Positions 199,110-217,400 of a DNA stretch of 248,000 nt are shown one piece after another. Every line of letters starts with the position of its first letter. Positions within the stretch are counted from its first letter, which is position 1. Below the pieces are notes generated by a model, which saw only the letters and a program-made list of their open reading frames with translations, was not told where the DNA came from and did not search any database. Position numbers and translations under genes: made by a program. Source of the DNA: Hyalangium minutum (GTDB lineage: Bacteria; Myxococcota; Myxococcia; Myxococcales; Myxococcaceae); assembly GCF_000737315.1 (NCBI RefSeq), contig NZ_JMCB01000004.1, positions 20,001 to 268,000 on the forward strand, in the 5' to 3' direction.

Positions 199110-201773
199110 ATGCGCAAAAGCATCATCGGCGCAGCAGTCTTGCTAGGAGTGGGGCTCGCGCTCTTCTTCGTGTTGCGCGCGCCCGACCCGGAGAATGCCC
199201 CGGACGTGGAGGAAGGGTCGGAACGGGTCGAGGCTCGGACGGAGCGGCCGGGCACCGCGCTTCAGCCGGAGGCTCCCGAGGATCTGGGGGCCCGCGGCTC
199301 CGCGGATCCGGGCAGCACGCCGGGGCTGTCGCAGCCCCCCTCGGAAGCGGACGGGGTGCTGGAGGTGGAGGTGGTCGCGGGCGAGCGGCCGGTGCCCGGC
199401 GCCACCGTGCGGTTGTACTGGCGGGGGCCTCGCGACCCGAACCTCAATGAGGTGTCGTGGCGGCTGGCGAGCACGGGCGTCACGGATGCGCAGGGGCGGG
199501 CGCGGCTGGCTTCCCGGCCCGGCGGCTATCAAGTCGCGGTGCGTGCACAGGGCTATGGGCCGGTGCTGCGCGACGTGGTGCGCCCCTATGGAGAGGCGCG
199601 CACGCTCATGAGGCTCTCGCTGGAGCCGGGACAGACGCTCACGGGCCACACGGTGGAGGCCGACACGCCAGATCCGTTACCGCTGGTGGAACTCGTCCTC
199701 ACGGCGCATGGGCGCAAGCTGGAACGGTGGCAGGACGCGGCGGCCCCCGCGGAGGAGCGGGCGTACGCCTCGAGCAACGCGCGCGGAGACTTTCGTGTAG
199801 AGGGACTCGCGCCTGGGAACTACACGCTGGAGGCCCGGGCGGTGGGGTATGCCCGGACGGAGCTGCGGCCCGTGAAGGTTCCCTCCGTGGGGCCGCTCAC
199901 GGTCGAGCTGCGAAAGGCCGGAGTCATCGAAGGGTTCGTGGTGGACGCACAGGGGCACCCGGCTGCGGGAGCGGAGGTGCAGGTGGGCGGACGCGTGCCC
200001 GAAGTCGCCACCACGGGCGAGGGCGGAGGCTTCTCGGTGGAGGTCGAGCCCGGGGACCATACCGTATCCGCGCGCCGGGGCTCCGAGGCCGGCTCCCTGC
200101 CCAACTCGATCATCATCGGCGCCGGAAAGACGGTGCGTGATTTGCGCATCCAACTGGGGCAGAGCGCCGTCCTGGAAGGGCGCGTGGTGGCGAACACTGC
200201 GGGCACACCGATCGAAGGCGCGCGGGTGGACGTGAGCCCCTACCGCAAGAGCGGCGACTCGGGCCGAGCGGTGACGGATGGCTCGGGGCGCTTCTCCGTG
200301 GGAGGCCTGGCGCCGGGCAGCTACGACGTGGTGGCGAGCGCTCCTGGGTTCTCCACCGTCTCGCGAAGCGGGCTGACGGTGGCCTCGGGCGAGCGCTTCT
200401 CCCTGGAGCTCAAGCTCACGGGCACCGGCGCGGTGGAAGGCTCCGTGCGGGACAGGGCGGGCCAGCCCGTGCCGGGCGCGCGGGTGTTGGGAGGCAGCCG
200501 CTGGGGCGGACTGCTGGGCGAGGCTCCGGCCGAGAGCCGCACGGACGCGGAGGGTCACTACCGTCTCGAGGGGGTGGCCGCTGGGGAACTCTTCTTGAGC
200601 GCTCGCTGGGAGGGAGCGCCGATGGGCTCCGTTCAGCAGGCGGAGGTGAAGGAGGGGAGCACCACGAAGGTGGACCTCACCCTGGACGCGACAGGGACGG
200701 TGGAGGGCGTGGTTCGCGCGGCGCAGGGAGCTCTGCCCCCCGAGCCCCTGAGCGTGAACGCGGTCAAGGCCACCCTGTCGCGCTCTGAAATGGATGTCAC
200801 CCAGGCCGAGACCGATGCGACGGGCCACTTCCGCCTGGTGCTCCCGCCCGGCCCCTATGAGGTGTGGTTGGTCTCTGGCAAACGCCTTCCACACTTGCTC
200901 CCGAAGCGGGTGCAGGTGGAGGCGGGGAAGACGGTGCAGACGGAGCTGACCTGGACGCCTCCAGAGGAGAAGCCCACCGAGGGCGGCATCCGGGGCATCG
201001 TTCTGGAGCCGGATGGGACGCCCTCCGTGAGCGCCTTCGTGACGCTCTCCGTCGAGGGTCCACGGTCTCGATACCGGATGGAGTCGACGGATGCAGCGGG
201101 GCGTTTCTCCTTCTCCTTCGACTCGGGGGACCCGGTGACGTCCTCGGCGCGGGTGCGCTTGAAGGCGCGCAACGGTGGGCGCACGGGCGAAGTCCCAGGT
201201 GTAAAGCCCGGAGAGCAGTCCGTGGTGGTGCGGCTCCAGCCCCCAGGCGCGTTGCGAGGCCAGGTCGTGCGTGCCAGCGGCGGGGCTCCTGTCCAGGGCT
201301 TCACCCTGACCCTCGAGAAAGATGGACCTGGTTCCTTCCTGGGAAACCGCGGCCCCTGGGAGTTTCCCGGCAACCGCTTCGAGCTCGGCGACGTGCCCGC
201401 TGAGGAGGTGAAGGTGCGAGTGAGGACGGAAGATGGCGCGACGGGCGAGGCGCTGACGTCCACGCGCCCGGGGGCGGTGTCCGAGGTGGAGGTGGCCTTG
201501 AAGTCCGCAGCCGGTGTCAGGGGCCGGGTGATGGATGGGAACACGAAGGAGCCGCTGGCCGATGCCTGGATCTTCGTCGAGGGCTCTGGGGCCGGGAGCT
201601 CTGACAGCCGGACGGGCGCCGATGGCCGCTTCAGCCTGGAGCGGCTGATGCCCGGGGCGTACACGCTCATGGTCATGGCGGGGCAGGGCCGGACGCCCGC
201701 GCGCCAGCCCGTGAAGTTGGAGGAGGGGCAGGTGCTCGATGTAGGCGACATTTCCATCACCCGCTCGCCCTGA
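199110..201773 (+). CDS. Carboxypeptidase-regulatory-like repeat protein, tandem copy 1
   Basis: N-terminal TM; repeated Ig-like units. Confidence 0.82.
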   Translation: MRKSIIGAAVLLGVGLALFFVLRAPDPENAPDVEEGSERVEARTERPGTALQPEAPEDLGARGSADPGSTPGLSQPPSEADGVLEVEVVAGERPVPGATVRLYWRGPRDPNLNEVSWRLASTGVTDAQGRARLASRPGGYQVAVRAQGYGPVLRDVVRPYGEARTLMRLSLEPGQTLTGHTVEADTPDPLPLVELVLTAHGRKLERWQDAAAPAEERAYASSNARGDFRVEGLAPGNYTLEARAVGYARTELRPVKVPSVGPLTVELRKAGVIEGFVVDAQGHPAAGAEVQVGGRVPEVATTGEGGGFSVEVEPGDHTVSARRGSEAGSLPNSIIIGAGKTVRDLRIQLGQSAVLEGRVVANTAGTPIEGARVDVSPYRKSGDSGRAVTDGSGRFSVGGLAPGSYDVVASAPGFSTVSRSGLTVASGERFSLELKLTGTGAVEGSVRDRAGQPVPGARVLGGSRWGGLLGEAPAESRTDAEGHYRLEGVAAGELFLSARWEGAPMGSVQQAEVKEGSTTKVDLTLDATGTVEGVVRAAQGALPPEPLSVNAVKATLSRSEMDVTQAETDATGHFRLVLPPGPYEVWLVSGKRLPHLLPKRVQVEAGKTVQTELTWTPPEEKPTEGGIRGIVLEPDGTPSVSAFVTLSVEGPRSRYRMESTDAAGRFSFSFDSGDPVTSSARVRLKARNGGRTGEVPGVKPGEQSVVVRLQPPGALRGQVVRASGGAPVQGFTLTLEKDGPGSFLGNRGPWEFPGNRFELGDVPAEEVKVRVRTEDGATGEALTSTRPGAVSEVEVALKSAAGVRGRVMDGNTKEPLADAWIFVEGSGAGSSDSRTGADGRFSLERLMPGAYTLMVMAGQGRTPARQPVKLEEGQVLDVGDISITRSP

Positions 201774-201788
201774 GTTCAGGAACCCGGT

Positions 201789-204449
201789 ATGCGCAAGCTC
201801 GTCATCACGGTGGGGATTCTGGTGGGGTTGGGGCTCGTGGTCCTTTGGTTCTGGAGCCCGGGAGGCCCAGTCCCCTCCACGGACACGGAGGGGGAAGGGC
201901 GGAGTCAGCGCCGGCAGGCCATGGCCCGGCCCGGCTCCGCGCAGCTGGAGAGTCCCGAGGACATGGGGGCTCGGGGCAGCGCGGACGCGGGCAGTACGCC
202001 CTCGCTGGCGCAGCCTCCCTCGGAGGCGGACGGGGTGCTGGAGGTGGAGGTGGTTGCAGGCTCGAAGCCAGTGCCAGGCGCCAGCGTGCGGCTGTACTGG
202101 CGGGGGCCTCGGGATCCGAGCCTGGATGAGGTGGCCTGGCGGCTGGCGAGCGCCGGCCTCACGGATGAGCAGGGGTGGGCACGGCTGGCGTCGAGGCCGG
202201 GAGGCTACCTGCTGGCAGTGCGCGCGCAGGGCTACGGCCCGGTGATGCGAGACGTGGTGCGGCCCTATGGCGAGGCGCGCACGCGGATGCGGATCTCGTT
202301 GGAGCCCGGCCAGACGCTCACGGGGCGCACGGTGGAGGCGGGCACGAAGGATCCGCTACCGCTGGTAGAGCTCTCGCTGACCGCCTACGGCCGGGGAGAG
202401 CAGGAGGCCTGGCAGAGCGCCGAAGCGCCAGCGGAGGAGCGCATCTACGCCGCGAGTGACGCGCGTGGGAACTTCCGCGTGGAGGGGCTTGCCCCTGGGA
202501 GCTACCAGCTGGAAGCCAAGGCGGTGGGGCATGTCCGAGCCGTGCAGAAGCGCGTGAAGGTGCCCGCTTCGGGGCCGATCACGGTGGAGCTCCAGTCTGC
202601 CGGAGTCATCGAGGGCTTCGTGGTGGACGCACAGGGGCGCCCGGCCGCGGGAGCCGAGGTGCACGTGGGCGGGCGCGTACCCGAGGTGGTCACCACCGGC
202701 GAGGGCGGCGGCTTCTCGGTGGAGACCGAGCCGGGGGCTCACATCGTGTCGGCGCGGAGGGGCAGTGAGGCGGGCTCGCTGCCCACCCCGGTCATCGTCA
202801 GCGCGGGCAAGACGGTGCGCGAGCTGCGGATCCAGCTGGGCCAGAGCGCGGCGCTGGAGGGCCACGTGGTGGCAAAGACGTCGGGCGCACCCATCGAAGG
202901 CGCGCGGGTGGACGTGAGCCCCTACGGCAACAGCGGGGACTCGGGCCGAGCGGTCACGGATGCGTCGGGCTTCTTCTCCGTGGGACAGCTGGCTCCGGGC
203001 AGCTATGACTTGGTGGTGTCCGCGCAGGGCTATGCGGAGGTCAACCGGCGCGCGCTGACGGTGTCTGCGGGCGAGCGCTTCTCCATCGAGCTCCAGCTTG
203101 CGGGGACCGGCGCGGTGGAGGGCTTCGTTCGGGACAGCTCGGGCCAGCCGGTAGCGGGTGCTCAGGTGGTGAGCAGCAACCGCTGGGGAGGCACGTGGGG
203201 CAGCACGCCGATAGAGGCCCGGGCCGACGCCCAGGGGCATTACCTTCTTGAAGGCCTGCCCGCGGGGCCGTTGAGCCTCACGGCGCGCAGGGAGAGCGCG
203301 ACCATTGGTGTCCGGCACATCGTGGAAATCACCGAGGACTCGACGGCGAAGCTGGACTTCACGCTGGAGGAGCCGGGCACCGTGGAGGGCAAGGTCATCC
203401 CGGCCCAGGGCTCCCTGCCTTCCGATCCCCTGGTCGTGCTGGCCTATCCCCGGGAGAGCACCGCCCAGGTCCCCTCGGACTTCCGGCCGATCGAGCTGGA
203501 GCCCTCGGGGACCTTCCGGATGACGCTGCAGCCGGGGGCCTACGACTTGCGCGTGGCGCTCTCGGAGCGCTGGCCCTTTGGCCCCAGCGAGTCGAAGTGG
203601 GTGAACGTGAAGGGGGGAGCAACTGTCCCGGTGGAGATTGTCTGGCAACCCGATGCGCGCGAGCAGGACGGCCTCGTGGGCACGGTCGTCGAGCCGGATG
203701 GCACGCCCTCGCCGCTGGCCTTCGTCACAGTGACTCCTGAGGAGGGGTGGCGAGGGCCGCGGAAGAACGTCCCCACGGATGAGCAGGGGCGCTTCTCGTT
203801 CACCCTCACGGAGGAGGAGGCCGCCTACGAGGGCCGGCTGAAGCTCGTGGCCCGGAACGGGGGCCGGCTGGGCGAGCTGCGAGGGGTCAAACCGGGAGAG
203901 CGGAGCCTCGTCGTGAAGCTCCAGCCCGCCGTGGGGATTCGGGGCAGGGTGGTGCGCGCCAACGGGGGTGAGCCGGTGAAGGGCTTCACCCTCTCCATGG
204001 AGTCGCTGGACCTGCGCAGCTTGCTCATGGACCAGTCCACGCTGGAGTTCCCGGGAGACCGCTTCGAGCTCCGGGAGGCCCCGTCCGAGCCCGTACGGCT
204101 GACGGCCCGGACGGAGAGCGGCCTGGGAGGATCTGTTGTGGTGACCCCGAGGGCTGGAACTCCCTCCGAGGTGGAGATCCCCCTGAAGGGCACGGCCACG
204201 CTTCGGGGCAAGGTGCTGGATACGGCGACCCAGCGGCCGCTGCCCGGGGCGCTCTACTTCGTCCTGGAGGATCGGCCCATGAATCCGGAGAACGCCACGG
204301 GCCCGGATGGGAGCTTCAAGATGGAGGGCGTCGGCGTGGGAGACCGCGTCCTCGTCATCCTGAGCGGCGACGAGTACAAGCGCGTGCCCGTGAAGCTGGA
204401 GGAGGGCCAGGAGAAGGACGTGGGAGACATCCTCCTCGGCGACTACTGA
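201789..204449 (+). CDS. Carboxypeptidase-regulatory-like repeat protein, tandem copy 2
   Basis: Shares QPPSEADGVLEVEVVAG...LYWRGPRDP with copy 1. Confidence 0.82.
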   Translation: MRKLVITVGILVGLGLVVLWFWSPGGPVPSTDTEGEGRSQRRQAMARPGSAQLESPEDMGARGSADAGSTPSLAQPPSEADGVLEVEVVAGSKPVPGASVRLYWRGPRDPSLDEVAWRLASAGLTDEQGWARLASRPGGYLLAVRAQGYGPVMRDVVRPYGEARTRMRISLEPGQTLTGRTVEAGTKDPLPLVELSLTAYGRGEQEAWQSAEAPAEERIYAASDARGNFRVEGLAPGSYQLEAKAVGHVRAVQKRVKVPASGPITVELQSAGVIEGFVVDAQGRPAAGAEVHVGGRVPEVVTTGEGGGFSVETEPGAHIVSARRGSEAGSLPTPVIVSAGKTVRELRIQLGQSAALEGHVVAKTSGAPIEGARVDVSPYGNSGDSGRAVTDASGFFSVGQLAPGSYDLVVSAQGYAEVNRRALTVSAGERFSIELQLAGTGAVEGFVRDSSGQPVAGAQVVSSNRWGGTWGSTPIEARADAQGHYLLEGLPAGPLSLTARRESATIGVRHIVEITEDSTAKLDFTLEEPGTVEGKVIPAQGSLPSDPLVVLAYPRESTAQVPSDFRPIELEPSGTFRMTLQPGAYDLRVALSERWPFGPSESKWVNVKGGATVPVEIVWQPDAREQDGLVGTVVEPDGTPSPLAFVTVTPEEGWRGPRKNVPTDEQGRFSFTLTEEEAAYEGRLKLVARNGGRLGELRGVKPGERSLVVKLQPAVGIRGRVVRANGGEPVKGFTLSMESLDLRSLLMDQSTLEFPGDRFELREAPSEPVRLTARTESGLGGSVVVTPRAGTPSEVEIPLKGTATLRGKVLDTATQRPLPGALYFVLEDRPMNPENATGPDGSFKMEGVGVGDRVLVILSGDEYKRVPVKLEEGQEKDVGDILLGDY

Positions 204450-204458
204450 GGCCCGCGC

Positions 204459-205136
204459 CTACCGCTTCTTGGTGTTGGCGTCCTTGCCGTCCAGCCAGAG
204501 CCCGAGGTGATCGCCGGTGCGGCCCTCCGTCACCAGGACGGCCTCCAGGCGCGCGGCCACCCCGAAGATCTTCCCGCCGCCCGGCTTGGGCAGGCTCCAG
204601 ATGTCCAGCGGCGTGAACACCACCGACAACCGCACGGCCTTCGAGGAGAACGCCCGCGCGAACATGCCCCCGTTCCAGCCCTCGGGAGTGGTGCCCGTCA
204701 CCTTCAGCAGCGGGAGGACGGGGTTGCCCGCCGCATCCGTCTTCTTCGGCGTGCCGTGCGTCAGCGCGTACTTCCCGCCCGCGAAGAACGGCAGGATGTC
204801 GATGGCGTAGTCGCCCGTGGAGGGCTGGTACCCGGCCGGGGACACCATCGTCGCCACGTCCTCGGTGATGATCATGTACATCTTCTTGCCCTTGTAGGCC
204901 TTGCGGAACTCGTCCGCCTTGGTGCGGCAGTCCGGGCTGGCGAACATGTCCCCGCACTCGCCGATGTAGCGGTTGAGGAAGGCGCTCAGGCCTCCCAGCG
205001 GCTCCGCGGCGTCTCTCAGCCGGGCAAAGCGTTGATCCACGTCCGCCAACGCGAGCGCGGGCAGCAGCAGGGCGACGAGAGCGGCAAAGCAGCGGTTCAC
205101 GGGGCAGGGCTCCCTGGAAAGAGGTGGGCCGCGCAT
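204459..205136 (-). CDS. Secreted myxobacterial protein (DUF6066-like)
   Basis: Signal peptide; GC3-rich frame. Confidence 0.6.
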   Translation of the reverse strand: MRGPPLSREPCPVNRCFAALVALLLPALALADVDQRFARLRDAAEPLGGLSAFLNRYIGECGDMFASPDCRTKADEFRKAYKGKKMYMIITEDVATMVSPAGYQPSTGDYAIDILPFFAGGKYALTHGTPKKTDAAGNPVLPLLKVTGTTPEGWNGGMFARAFSSKAVRLSVVFTPLDIWSLPKPGGGKIFGVAARLEAVLVTEGRTGDHLGLWLDGKDANTKKR

Positions 205137-205265
205137 CGTGCCACTCTGGATCGCTTCCGCCAGCCCCCCTTCACATTGGTACGTCCAGGTAGCATGTGGT
205201 GGATATTTTGACTACATGAGCCCACCATGTAGTTTTCGGGCCTCTCTTCTTGGAGGCACCACCGA

Positions 205266-205613
205266 GTGAACGAGCGCCGGGCACATCTTCGGTTCGACAA
205301 GGTCTTCACCGTGTACCTAACGACGCAGGACGGGATGACCCGGGGTATTGGGCGGAACATCAGCGCCCGGGGCCTGTTCGTGGAGACGCGCGAGCCGGTT
205401 CCGCTGGGCGAGAAGCTGAAGATCACCTTCGCGGGGGAGGACGGCACGGAGATGACGTGCCTGTGCGAGGTGCGCTACCAGGTGGCGCTGGCGTACGGGA
205501 AGCGGGACGGGCGCGAGGGCAACAGCCGGGGCGTGGGCCTGCGGATCGTGGCGTACGAGACCCAGGACGAGGCGCCGCTGCTGCTGGTGGACCGCGAGCG
205601 GGTGATGCACTGA
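205266..205613 (+). CDS. PilZ domain protein
   Basis: RRAHLR, NISARG. Confidence 0.88.
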   Translation: MNERRAHLRFDKVFTVYLTTQDGMTRGIGRNISARGLFVETREPVPLGEKLKITFAGEDGTEMTCLCEVRYQVALAYGKRDGREGNSRGVGLRIVAYETQDEAPLLLVDRERVMH

Positions 205614-205687
205614 GAAACACGAAGGGCCCGGCCCCTCATGGTGAGGAGACCGGGCCCCGGGGGCTCACGCCGTGAGGCGTGGGCGGG

Positions 205688-207238
205688 TTACTGCGAGAAG
205701 CCCTCGAGCATGTAGTGGGCCTCGATGCGCTTGAGCGCGAGGATCATCGCGGCGCAGCGCGGGTCCACCGTCTTGCTGATGCAGTAGCCGCGGCTGTCGT
205801 GCATGTCCGTCTTGCGCGGCTGGTTGCGGGAGATGTCGCGGATGATGCGGTAGTTGCGCTTCATCGCCTTCTCCAGGCGCTGATCCACCTCCGACTCGCT
205901 CCAGCGCTCCATGCGCTTGTTCTGGATCCACTCGTAGTAGCTCACCGTCACGCCGCCGGCGTTGGCGATGATGTCGGGGATCAGGTCGATGCCGCGCTTC
206001 TGGAGGACGCGGTCGGCCTCGGGGGTGGTGGGGCCGTTGGCGCCCTCGGCGACGAGCTTGACCTTGAGGCGCTCGGCCACGTCGGCGGTGATCTCACCCC
206101 CGAGCGCGGCGGGGATGAGCATGTCGGCCTGGATCTCCCAGAGGTCCTTCTTCTCGATCTTCTGGGCGCCGGGGAAGCCCGCCACGCTCCGCTTGAGGTT
206201 CTTCGGGTCGCTGACGTAGGCCATGAGGGCGTGCACGTCGATGCCGTCGCCGTTGTAGATGGAGCCGTCGGCGTCATTGACGGCCAGCAGGCGGGCGCCC
206301 ATGTTGGCGAGGATGGCGGCGCCGTGGCTGCCCACGTTGCCGAAGCCCTGGAGGACGAACGTCTTGCCCTTCACGGACTCGCCGCGGTCGGCGTAGTAGT
206401 CCTCGATGCAGTAGGCGACGCCCTGGCCGGTGGCCTTCACGCGGCCCTCGGAGCCGCCGATGCGCACGTCCTTGCCGGTGACGATGCCGCGCAGGTTGTG
206501 GCGCTCGCGCTCACCGTCCGAGTACTCGCGGAGCATGAGGGCCATGATCTCCCCGTTGGTGCCCACATCCGGGGCGGGGATGTCGATGTTGGGGCCGATC
206601 ATGCTCTTGAGCTTGTACATGAAGCGCAGGGTGATGTTCTCCAGCTCCTCCCGGCCGTACTGGCGCGGGTCGATCTGGATGCCACCCTTGCCGCCGCCGA
206701 ACGGAACCTCGGAGATGGCCGTCTTCCAGGTCATCTCCGCGGCCAGGGCCTTGAAGAGGTCCAGGGAGACCTCGCGGTGGTAGCGGATGCCGCCCTTGTA
206801 GGGGCCGCGGGCCTGGTTGTGCTGGACGCGGTAGGCCTTGAAGCGCTGGGACTCACCGGGTACCAGCTGGTAGACGCCGCCATCCGGAAGGCGCAGGTGG
206901 CCGCGGCGGATGTTGACGTCCGAGCCCAGCAGGGCGCGTCCGTTGAGAATGATCTTCCCGTCGGCCAGGCGCTCAAGTCCGTCGGGGTTGCGGACCTGGG
207001 TGACGGACAGATCCGAGAAGGCCTTGGCCTCCTCGGGGGCCAGGGGGACCAAGCGGTCCTTCAGCTTGGTGGTGACGTAGAAGATGTGCTCGTAGTCGGG
207101 CTCTTCCAGCTCGAGGCGAACGCGCTTGTCCAGACCGATCAGATCGGCGGCGCGGTGGAAGATCTCCATTGCCTCCGTGTAGATGGTCCGCTTGGGAGAG
207201 GGCGCGGGGGCGCGCATGAAGTTCTCTTCGCTAGCCAT
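205688..207238 (-). CDS. Glu/Leu/Phe/Val dehydrogenase
   Basis: GPYKGG, GGGKGG, APDVGT, GFGNVG. Confidence 0.93.
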   Translation of the reverse strand: MASEENFMRAPAPSPKRTIYTEAMEIFHRAADLIGLDKRVRLELEEPDYEHIFYVTTKLKDRLVPLAPEEAKAFSDLSVTQVRNPDGLERLADGKIILNGRALLGSDVNIRRGHLRLPDGGVYQLVPGESQRFKAYRVQHNQARGPYKGGIRYHREVSLDLFKALAAEMTWKTAISEVPFGGGKGGIQIDPRQYGREELENITLRFMYKLKSMIGPNIDIPAPDVGTNGEIMALMLREYSDGERERHNLRGIVTGKDVRIGGSEGRVKATGQGVAYCIEDYYADRGESVKGKTFVLQGFGNVGSHGAAILANMGARLLAVNDADGSIYNGDGIDVHALMAYVSDPKNLKRSVAGFPGAQKIEKKDLWEIQADMLIPAALGGEITADVAERLKVKLVAEGANGPTTPEADRVLQKRGIDLIPDIIANAGGVTVSYYEWIQNKRMERWSESEVDQRLEKAMKRNYRIIRDISRNQPRKTDMHDSRGYCISKTVDPRCAAMILALKRIEAHYMLEGFSQ

Positions 207239-207472
207239 GTGCTGCTCCTTGCGTGAGGCGAAGGGGGTTTAGCCGTGGCCCTTATGCTCATAGGGCGTCA
207301 GCGGAAGCAACCCGCGCCCCGTGCGCGAAAGTGCAAAAACTAATGGAATCTCAAGCACTTAGCCGACGCACTGTGTCACAGAAGACCTCACGACCGGTCG
207401 GTAGGGGAGCGGGCCCGAAACAAATGCATTGCCCTGCCAGAGGGTGCATGGTAATTCGCCGCGCCACGCCGC

Positions 207473-207548
<76 letters not shown>

Positions 207549-207565
207549 AGAAGATCAGGTGTTTG

Positions 207566-207602
207566 AGGGCCGGTTGCCGCAAGGCAGTCGGCCCTTTTTC
207601 TT
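207566..207602 (+). terminator. Terminator after tRNA-Thr
   Basis: AGGGCCG/CGGCCCT stem then TTTTCTT. Confidence 0.75.
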
Positions 207603-207966
207603 GGGCGTAGAGGAGGCCTGGAACGAGGGCAGACCTACCAGCGGTCCGGGGGGTACGCGAAGGGCCTGCGAGAACTCCGCTGCCGGCATCGATAGCCCTC
207701 GCCGCAGACGTCAGGGTTCTCCGGATCGCAGGCAGGCAGACACCGCCAGTCAGCGCAGACCTTCTCCTCGGAGCTGGATGCCGTGAGTGGGCGTAGCGAT
207801 GGCACCTAGAGGGTTGGCTCGCGCGAGGAGCGCGGCCGGTAAGCGACTGGAGGCATCGACCCAGCTCTTGCCCAGGCATCGGATGCGACACGAAACAAAC
207901 CCTACTCATTGAATCGGAATCTCAAGGGGTGAGAAATCCAGTCTGGGTTTTGCGGGATATCTCGTA

Positions 207967-214463
<6,497 letters not shown>

Positions 214464-214467
<4 letters not shown>

Positions 214468-217400
214468 GCAACCCCCGCGACAACATGAGCGGTCTCAGCC
214501 TCGAGGAGAAGCGCAAGCTCCTCGCGGAGCTCCTGGCGAAGTCGGGGAAGGGCGCTCCCCGCATCTTTCCACTCGCCTCGGGACAAAAGGCCCTATGGCT
214601 CCTGCAGCAGCAGGAGCCGGAGGGCGCTGCCTACAACACGCCCTTCGCGCTCCGCATTCGATCCCCGATCGAGGTGGGGGCCTTGAAGCGCGCCTTCGAG
214701 ATGGTGGCCGCGCGCCACCCGGGCCTGCGAACCACGGTCTCCTCGACCGCGGATGGGCAGCTCCTCCAGACGAGCCACCCCGTGCTCGAGCCGCACTTCG
214801 CTCACATCGATGCGACGAGTTGGAGCGCCGAGCAGCTCCAGGCCGCGGTCGTTCGCGCCTACCGCCAGCCGTTCTCCCTGGAGCGGGGTCCGCTCTTCCG
214901 GGGCGATCTGTTCAGCGCTCGGCCTGATGACCATGTGCTCCTGATCACGGTGCACCACATCGTCTACGACGGGTGGTCGGCGGGGATCGTCCAGCAAGAG
215001 CTCACGCAGATCTATCAGGCGCTCTCGCGGGGAGAGCAGCCGTCGCTGGCGCCCGTCACGGGCAGCTATGCCGACTTCGTCGCGCAGCAGGCGGAGATGC
215101 TCTCGGGGGCGGTGGGGCGCAAGCACTGGGAGTACTGGCAGAAGAAGCTCTCCGGCGAGCTGCCCGTCCTCGCGCTCCCCGCGGATCGAAGCCGATCGGC
215201 CCTCGCGGCGAACCGGAGCGGCGCGTGCTCACTCAGGCTCCAGCCCGAGCTGACGAACCGGATCAAAGAGCTCGCGCAGAGCGCAGAGGCCACCCCCTTC
215301 GTCGTGCTCTTGTCCGCCTACGCCGCCCTGCTCGGGCGCCTGTCCCGGCAGGAGGACATCCTGATCGGCTCCCCGACGGCCGGGCGCCCGGACGCTGCCT
215401 CTCATGGTGTGGTGGGCTACTTCGCCAACGCCGTGGCACTTCGAGCGGATCTCTCCGGCGCTCCCTCCTCCCGGAAGCTGATCGCGCGGCTGCGCGACGT
215501 GGTGCACGAGGCGCTGGAGAACCAGGACTTCCCGTTCGCGTCGCTGGTGGAGCGGTTGGGGATTGCGCGCAGCCCTGGCGTGTCGCCCATCTTCCAGGCG
215601 TCCATGACCTTCCACTCCTCTCGCGAGGGTGGAGGCGCTATGGCGCTCTGGGCCACGCCGGATGAGGAGGCCCGCGTCCGGTGGGGGCACCTGGATCTCG
215701 AGCCCTATCCGCTCAGCGAGCAGGAGACCCAGTTCGATCTCACCCTCGAGATGTGGGAGGCCCGCGGCGCGTTCTCCGGCGCGTTGCGCTTCAACCGTGC
215801 GCTCTTCAATGACAGCACGGTGGCCCTGTGGCGAGGCTACTTCGAGAAGCTCCTCGAGCAGATGGTGCGCGCTCCGGATGAGCCGATTGCCCGGCTGGCG
215901 CTGGCAGAGCCCGTCACGGCCGCGCAGGTCCAGGGTGGCACGCAGCCCGTGAGCCAGCCAGATCGCGCTGGCGGGAGCACCATCACCGGTTGGTTCGAGG
216001 CACAGGCCGCGCGAAGCCCAGACGCGGTCGCGCTCAGCTTCGGGGACGTGCACCTCGACTACGCCGAGCTCAACGCCCGCGCGAACGTCCTGGCCCATGA
216101 GCTTCGAAGCCGTGGCGTTGGCCCCGAGTCCCTGGTGGGCGTCTGTGTCGAGCGGAGTGCGGAGCTGGTCATCGCCATCCTGGGCGTGCTCAAGGCCGGC
216201 GGGGCCTATGTCCCGCTGGATCCGGCCAGCCCGCGTGAGCGGCTCGCGCTGATCCTCGAGGACGCGGAAGTCTCCGCGCTCGTCACCGAGACCCGGCGCA
216301 GCGGCGAGCTTCCCACGGAGAAGGTGTCCACGATCTTCGTGGACGCGCTCCAGTGGCAGGGTGGGCAGCGGGCGCCGAATCCGGAGCCTGGCGTCACGCC
216401 GGACAACGCCGCCTATGTCATCTACACCTCCGGATCCACCGGGCGCCCCAAGGGCGTGATCGTCACCCACTCCAACGCCACGCGCCTGTTCACCACGACG
216501 GAGGCGCTCTTTGGTTTCGGGCCGGAGGACGTCTGGACGCTGTTCCACTCCGCCGCTTTCGACTTCTCTGTCTGGGAACTCTGGGGACCGCTCTTCTATG
216601 GCGGCCGCCTGGTCGTCGTCCCTCACTGGATGACCCGCTCCCCCGAGGCCTTCGGCGAGCTCATTGCCCGTGAAGGGGTGACGGTCCTCAACCAGACGCC
216701 CTCCGCATTCCGAGCGCTCGTCCGGGCGCCCTCGATCGATGACGGGCAGGGCGGCCGAGGGCTCAAGTGGATCATCTTCGGCGGTGAAGCGCTCGACGCA
216801 GCGACCGTCCGTCCATGGTTCGAGCGGTATCCGGGCGCGGACACGCAGCTCATCAACATGTATGGCATCACCGAGACCACGGTGCATGTCACGTATCACC
216901 GGGTCACCGAGGCGGACCTCACGTCCGCGGCGAGCCCGATCGGCTGCCCCATCCCGGATCTCACGATCCGCCTGCTCGATGAGCACGGCCAGCCCGTTCC
217001 GGACGGCGTCCCGGGGGAGATGTATGTCGGTGGAGCGGGAGTCGCGAGGGGGTATCTCAAGCGGCCGGAGCTCACCGCCAAGCGCTTCATCGAGGACCCG
217101 GACTCCCCTGGAGCGCGCCTCTACCGCTCGGGCGACCTCGCCATCCGCCAACCGGATGGCACCTTCACGTACCTCGGCCGCATTGACGATCAGGTCAAGA
217201 TCCGCGGCTTCCGCATCGAGCTCGGCGAGATCCAGTCGGTGATCGCCCTCCATCCGGCCGTCGCCGAAGCCTACGTCACCACCTACGAGCGGAGCGCGGA
217301 CGACCGGCGGATCGCCGCCTACGTGGTGCCCAGGCAAGGCGCGGCGGAGATGCTCCTCTCCTCCAGCGCGGACGGGGGAATCGGTGACACCCACGTCGGT

